Below, piece by piece: positions 27,979 through 31,595 of a DNA stretch of 31,595 bases. The notes beneath the pieces are model-generated. The model saw only the letters and a program-made list of their open reading frames with translations. It made no database searches and was not told the DNA's origin. Source of the DNA: an uncultured archaeon (GTDB lineage Archaea > Asgardarchaeota > Lokiarchaeia > Sigyniarchaeales > SOKP01); contig CAZBPC010000034.1 in assembly GCA_964493715.1 (NCBI GenBank), positions 1-31,595 on the forward strand, given 5' to 3'. The stretch's first letter is position 1. The number at the start of each line of letters is the position of its first letter. The position numbers and the translations under genes are program-made.

Positions 27979-28111
27979 ATATCATTAGAACATATTTGAA
28001 AATTGAACTTAAATCATTTTAAAATCGTAGTAGAATAAATCCTCCCTAATTTAAAACTTTTTCTGTACATTCAATACCGTTAAGATATAGTCTTTTTAGG
28101 TGATTTAACGG

Positions 28112-29128
28112 CTATAAGAAGTGTTCAAATCCCTTATAATGTAATTCTTCTCTTTTATTTCCATAAATTATAAAAATTTTACCCTCTGAATTGACTTTAC
28201 CTATAGCAAAAATCTTTCCATTTTTCGATTTGATAATTTTTTTTGCTTGTTCATATTTATTTGAAGGTATTGTGAATATATGGATGAATTCTTCACCAGC
28301 ATTAAATATCAAGTCTTCCAACGGGAGATCAAATAGATTTGAAAATGATCGAGCTTCATCATCAACCAGATTATCATCAAAATTTATGTCAAAACCCATA
28401 TCTGGATTTGATACCATTAATTCTCTTAAAGATCTCGCCAAACCGTCGGATGAATCAATACTAGCTGTTGAAAGTTGATTTTCTGATAAAATAAATGCAA
28501 TTTTGTCATCTAAAACAGGTGCTAAAACACTTTGAATAGATCTTTCATAATTACTAAATTTATTGAGATCTTCGTATTGGTTTAATAGAATTTCGAAACC
28601 TACACCTGTTAAGCCATATTTTGACGTAATAACTAAAATATCAGATTCTTTCATCCCTTTTCTATAAATAATATTATTTGGATCTTCAAATCCAAAAAGA
28701 GTCGGATTTAAAATGATTTCATTTGTCATATTCATATCTCCTCCTATATAGCTGATATCCCATCTGCAACAGTAATCAACCATTCCCTCGATTAGATCTC
28801 TAAATGATTGAACATCAAGAGTAGATGGTAATCCAATTGAAATGAAAGCACCAACGGGATGAACACCCTTTACAACTAAATCACTAACATTCATTAAAAT
28901 TGACTTACGACCCATCTGATAAAATGTCATTTTTTTTGGGGCATCAGTTGTTGAAACAAACATATCTGAATTGAAGACCAAAACCTTTCCAAGAGAAAAA
29001 TTGTCTAAGTTGTAGAAAAAAGAATCATCCTTTAAGAGATGGGCACCTGTTTTTTGAAAAATGATCTCCTCTATGATTCTTATTAATTTTTTTTCCCCAA
29101 GTTCCTTCAATTTAGTAGAATCTGACAT
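28112..29128 (-). CDS. thiL: Thiamine-monophosphate kinase
   Basis: LGEKKLI, DDS, NSDMFV, MGRKSILMNVSDL, IGGD, IDSSDGL, GEEF and GFEHF motifs. Confidence 0.92.
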   Translation of the reverse strand: MSDSTKLKELGEKKLIRIIEEIIFQKTGAHLLKDDSFFYNLDNFSLGKVLVFNSDMFVSTTDAPKKMTFYQMGRKSILMNVSDLVVKGVHPVGAFISIGLPSTLDVQSFRDLIEGMVDYCCRWDISYIGGDMNMTNEIILNPTLFGFEDPNNIIYRKGMKESDILVITSKYGLTGVGFEILLNQYEDLNKFSNYERSIQSVLAPVLDDKIAFILSENQLSTASIDSSDGLARSLRELMVSNPDMGFDINFDDNLVDDEARSFSNLFDLPLEDLIFNAGEEFIHIFTIPSNKYEQAKKIIKSKNGKIFAIGKVNSEGKIFIIYGNKREELHYKGFEHFL

Positions 29129-29177
29129 GGAAAAATTTTATAATTGTTTCATATTATATTTATTAAACAGATCTTGT

Positions 29178-29279
29178 GCCTCTGTGGCTTAGCGGTATAG
29201 CGATTGATTCGTAATCAATTGATCGAGTATGTCAGTCGGTCAGAAGATTCGGTCGGGGGTTCAATTCCCCCCAGGGGCT
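29178..29279 (+). tRNA. tRNA-Thr(CGT) with a 30-nt intron near 42/43-44/45 (best fit 29219-29248)
   Basis: Acceptor GCCTCTG/CAGGGGC, anticodon stem ATTGA/TCAAT with loop TTCGTAA, T-arm GGGGG-TTCAATT-CCCCC, discriminator U; 30 extra nt containing a 7-bp hairpin. Confidence 0.88.
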
Positions 29280-30293
29280 CTATAAATCTTCTCCTACAAG
29301 ATATTTTTTTATCATCTGTAGTGCCAGCATTCTAAAAGCATCATTAATACTTTCACCTGTCTTAGCTGATGTCTCAATATAAGGGATTCCAAGGCTTTCA
29401 GCTGTTTTTTCTCCATCTTCTCTGGAGACTAATCTTCCATCTTCTAAATCAATCTTATTTCCCACTAAAATCAGTGATATGCTGGGGGAAACTGAAAGGA
29501 TTTCTTTATGCCAATTTTCTACATTTTGAAATGATACTGGATTAGTAACATCGAATGCTAAGATACCTGCTTCAGCGCTTGATAAGTATGATTTTCTAAC
29601 TTTCTTGAATTGCGATTGTCCCGCCAAATCCCACAACACAAATCGAACAGTGCTATCTAATCCATCAAATTTGCATTCTTTCTTCATAATTGAAGTTCCA
29701 ATAGTTGATTTATAATCTTTTAAGAACTCGTTTTCAACAAATCGATGTACCATACTTGTTTTACCAACTGCTCCGTCCCCCCCAAGTATTAATTTAAAAG
29801 CATATTCTCCAGATTGTACTTTTATTTTTTGGAGTTGATTTACTTTTTTTTGAATATTATTAACATCTTTTTTCGAAGTTAGCTTTGGGATAACAGGACT
29901 TACGGGTCTTCCATCAAAAATTCGAGCAATCTTTTCTGCGGCTAAATAAGCATACGGAAAGACCGGATCAATTCCAGCAATTGCATCTAATATCGTTACT
30001 ATAACAGCTTCAGGACCAGCTTCACAGAAAATCAATCTGTATTTCTCAGTATCAAATGTTCCCGTACCAAAGGATCCTGAACTAAATTCTTTTGTGATCC
30101 TTGTCAAAACGGGCTCAACCAGAGCACTAATTCCACCAACTATTTCCTCATCCAATGATTGTTCTGAAGAGCCAAAAAACCTGTCTATAAGTAATCCCTC
30201 TCGATTTACTATAATAACAGCTATTAAATTTTCTCCTATACTCTGCGAATACCATTGTAACAATGCCTGTAATTTTTTTGTATCAACTGACAT
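29280..30293 (-). CDS. Roadblock/MglB-like domain fused to a C-terminal Rab-like GTPase
   Basis: N-terminal LIAVIIVNREGLLI...LIFCEAGPEAVIVTI; then GDGAVGKT, STIG, WDLAGQ, GNKID and ETSAK. Confidence 0.9.
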   Translation of the reverse strand: MSVDTKKLQALLQWYSQSIGENLIAVIIVNREGLLIDRFFGSSEQSLDEEIVGGISALVEPVLTRITKEFSSGSFGTGTFDTEKYRLIFCEAGPEAVIVTILDAIAGIDPVFPYAYLAAEKIARIFDGRPVSPVIPKLTSKKDVNNIQKKVNQLQKIKVQSGEYAFKLILGGDGAVGKTSMVHRFVENEFLKDYKSTIGTSIMKKECKFDGLDSTVRFVLWDLAGQSQFKKVRKSYLSSAEAGILAFDVTNPVSFQNVENWHKEILSVSPSISLILVGNKIDLEDGRLVSREDGEKTAESLGIPYIETSAKTGESINDAFRMLALQMIKKYLVGEDL

Positions 30294-30428
30294 GAGTGCA
30301 TTACTCTTCTCTACGTATATTACTAATTAAAATTACATTATAAAAAGTTTATTTAAATAATAATAATTGTGTAAATAAAAAGTTAGTAGGAACTTACTAT
30401 AAGGAAGAGTAAATTGAGAGATATAGAG

Positions 30429-31229
30429 TTACTCTTTTTTATTAAAATTAGGTTTTCTCTTTTCAAGAAAAGCATTTAAACCTTCAAGAAAATCCTCGGT
30501 TCCAGCACATTTTTCAATATTTTTAGCTTCTTCTTCTAAATGCGTTTCGAGATCATTAAGATATGAATTTTGGATCAACTCTTTACTTGCCTGAAAAGCT
30601 TCAATAGGTCCTGTACTCAACTGAGATGCTATTTTCTTTACCGCTTCAATTAAGCTATCATCTGATAAGATTATTCTATTCACTAACCCATAACGTTGGG
30701 CTTCTTGTGAATTTAAGTTGCGATTTAACAGAATCATTTCAGATGCTAGTGAATAACCAACAATTTTAGGTAAATGGAAAGAAGTAGAACTATCAGGAGA
30801 AAGTCCAATTCCTGTAAAAGCAGCTCCAAAAGTTGCTCTTTCATTGCAAAATCTTAAATCACACGAACATGCATAACCTAATGCTGCACCAAAACATGGT
30901 CCATTAATAGCAGCTATTATTGGGAAGTTTATACTCTTGATTAGTCGTATTCCTTCATGTAACTTTGCCGCTAATTTAGCCATTGATGCAACAGGATCAG
31001 CATATTCTCTAAATTCACTAATATCGCCTCCTACACTAAAAGCTTTTCCCTTACCTGTCATTATCACACAATTGATGTATTTTTCTTTTCTTATTGCCCT
31101 TATTGCATCACAAAATTCGTTAGTAAGGGCATAATTAAAAGCATTCAAATTATAAGGACGATTAAAGGAGATAATTGCAAAACCCTGTTTTTTAAAATAC
31201 TCTATATCAATGTTTTTATAGTCTATCAT
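30429..31229 (-). CDS. Enoyl-CoA hydratase/isomerase (crotonase family, PaaG-like)
   Basis: FNRP..LNA, AFSVGGDI, IAAINGPCFGA, IGLSPDS and AFLEKRKPNF motifs. Confidence 0.92.
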   Translation of the reverse strand: MIDYKNIDIEYFKKQGFAIISFNRPYNLNAFNYALTNEFCDAIRAIRKEKYINCVIMTGKGKAFSVGGDISEFREYADPVASMAKLAAKLHEGIRLIKSINFPIIAAINGPCFGAALGYACSCDLRFCNERATFGAAFTGIGLSPDSSTSFHLPKIVGYSLASEMILLNRNLNSQEAQRYGLVNRIILSDDSLIEAVKKIASQLSTGPIEAFQASKELIQNSYLNDLETHLEEEAKNIEKCAGTEDFLEGLNAFLEKRKPNFNKKE

Positions 31230-31483
31230 TTCAATTACTTAGAATAATAATATTTAGAATATTTGTTATCTTTAAAAAAAGGTTTTTAAAATTTCTCTTA
31301 TTTTATGAAATTAAATCATGATTTTAAAAAATTTGAAATCTTGATTTAAGTAACATTTCCAATTTCTGGTTATGACACTTTAGCAAAACGGAGTTGGTGC
31401 AGTATTAACACCGAAGAATTCAGATTTATAAAGCAGCTCAATCGTAGCGGTGCAAGTTGCATACAAACTGGTGATAAGTAAAA

Positions 31484-31568
31484 GCAGGAGTCGCCAAGCC
31501 TGGTCAACGGTGCTAGATCGAGGTTCTAGTCTCATAGGAGTTCGAGGGTTCGAATCCCTCCTCCTGCA
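31484..31568 (+). tRNA. tRNA-Leu(GAG), long variable arm, no intron
   Basis: Acceptor GCAGGAG/CTCCTGC with discriminator A, anticodon stem CTAGA/TCTAG with loop TCGAGGT, variable arm CTC-ATAG-GAG, T-arm GAGGG-TTCGAAT-CCCTC. Confidence 0.92.
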
Positions 31569-31573
31569 TTTTT
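31569..31573 (+). terminator. Oligo-T terminator after tRNA-Leu
   Basis: TTTTT immediately after the discriminator base, as in archaeal intrinsic terminators. Confidence 0.5.
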
Positions 31574-31595
31574 CTCAATATTTTTATACAAGAGG

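Noticed and set aside
1155-31134. Short antisense or overlapping ORFs in the track (1155, 4503, 5297, 5859, 9766, 10534, 13519, 16442, 16759, 17365, 17876, 18077, 18806, 20201, 20953, 23054, 28191, 30094, 30937)
   Set aside because: They lie opposite well-supported genes and look like shadow frames.
31371-31420. Possible SECIS-like element (ATGA...AAAA...)
   Set aside because: Helix too short, no matching GA quartet, and no upstream same-strand gene with an in-frame TGA.
27875-31568. tRNAs as integration sites of a mobile element
   Set aside because: No integrase and no duplicated tRNA 3' end noticed; flanking genes are housekeeping.

Overview
AT-rich archaeal chromosomal segment, most likely from an Asgard archaeon (Lokiarchaeia/Promethearchaeota-like). 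This is inferred from archaeal information genes (unsplit rpoB, rpoH, tfe, mbf1, pan, nac, cbf5) together with eukaryotic-signature proteins: four small GTPases of different architectures (stand-alone, Arf/Rag-like plus C-terminal roadblock, Rab-like plus Pro-rich linker and zinc ribbon, roadblock plus Rab-like) and a longin-like protein. Metabolic genes are ilvE, panB, mfnA, a MazG-like pyrophosphohydrolase, nrdD, thiL and an enoyl-CoA hydratase. Three tRNA genes lie outside the ORF track: tRNA-Lys(TTT) with a 30-nt bulge-helix-bulge (BHB) intron in the T-loop, tRNA-Thr(CGT) with a similar 30-nt intron at the anticodon-stem/variable-loop junction, and tRNA-Leu(GAG) with C in place of the near-invariant U33. 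The most novel candidate is an unannotated 35-aa ORF (289-396) that is a clean Sec signal peptide followed by a 9-residue peptide, YMFPGGGVP, near multi-TM, longin-like and GTPase genes. No CRISPR array, rRNA or recognisable mobile element was seen. All calls come from manual motif recognition with no database searches.
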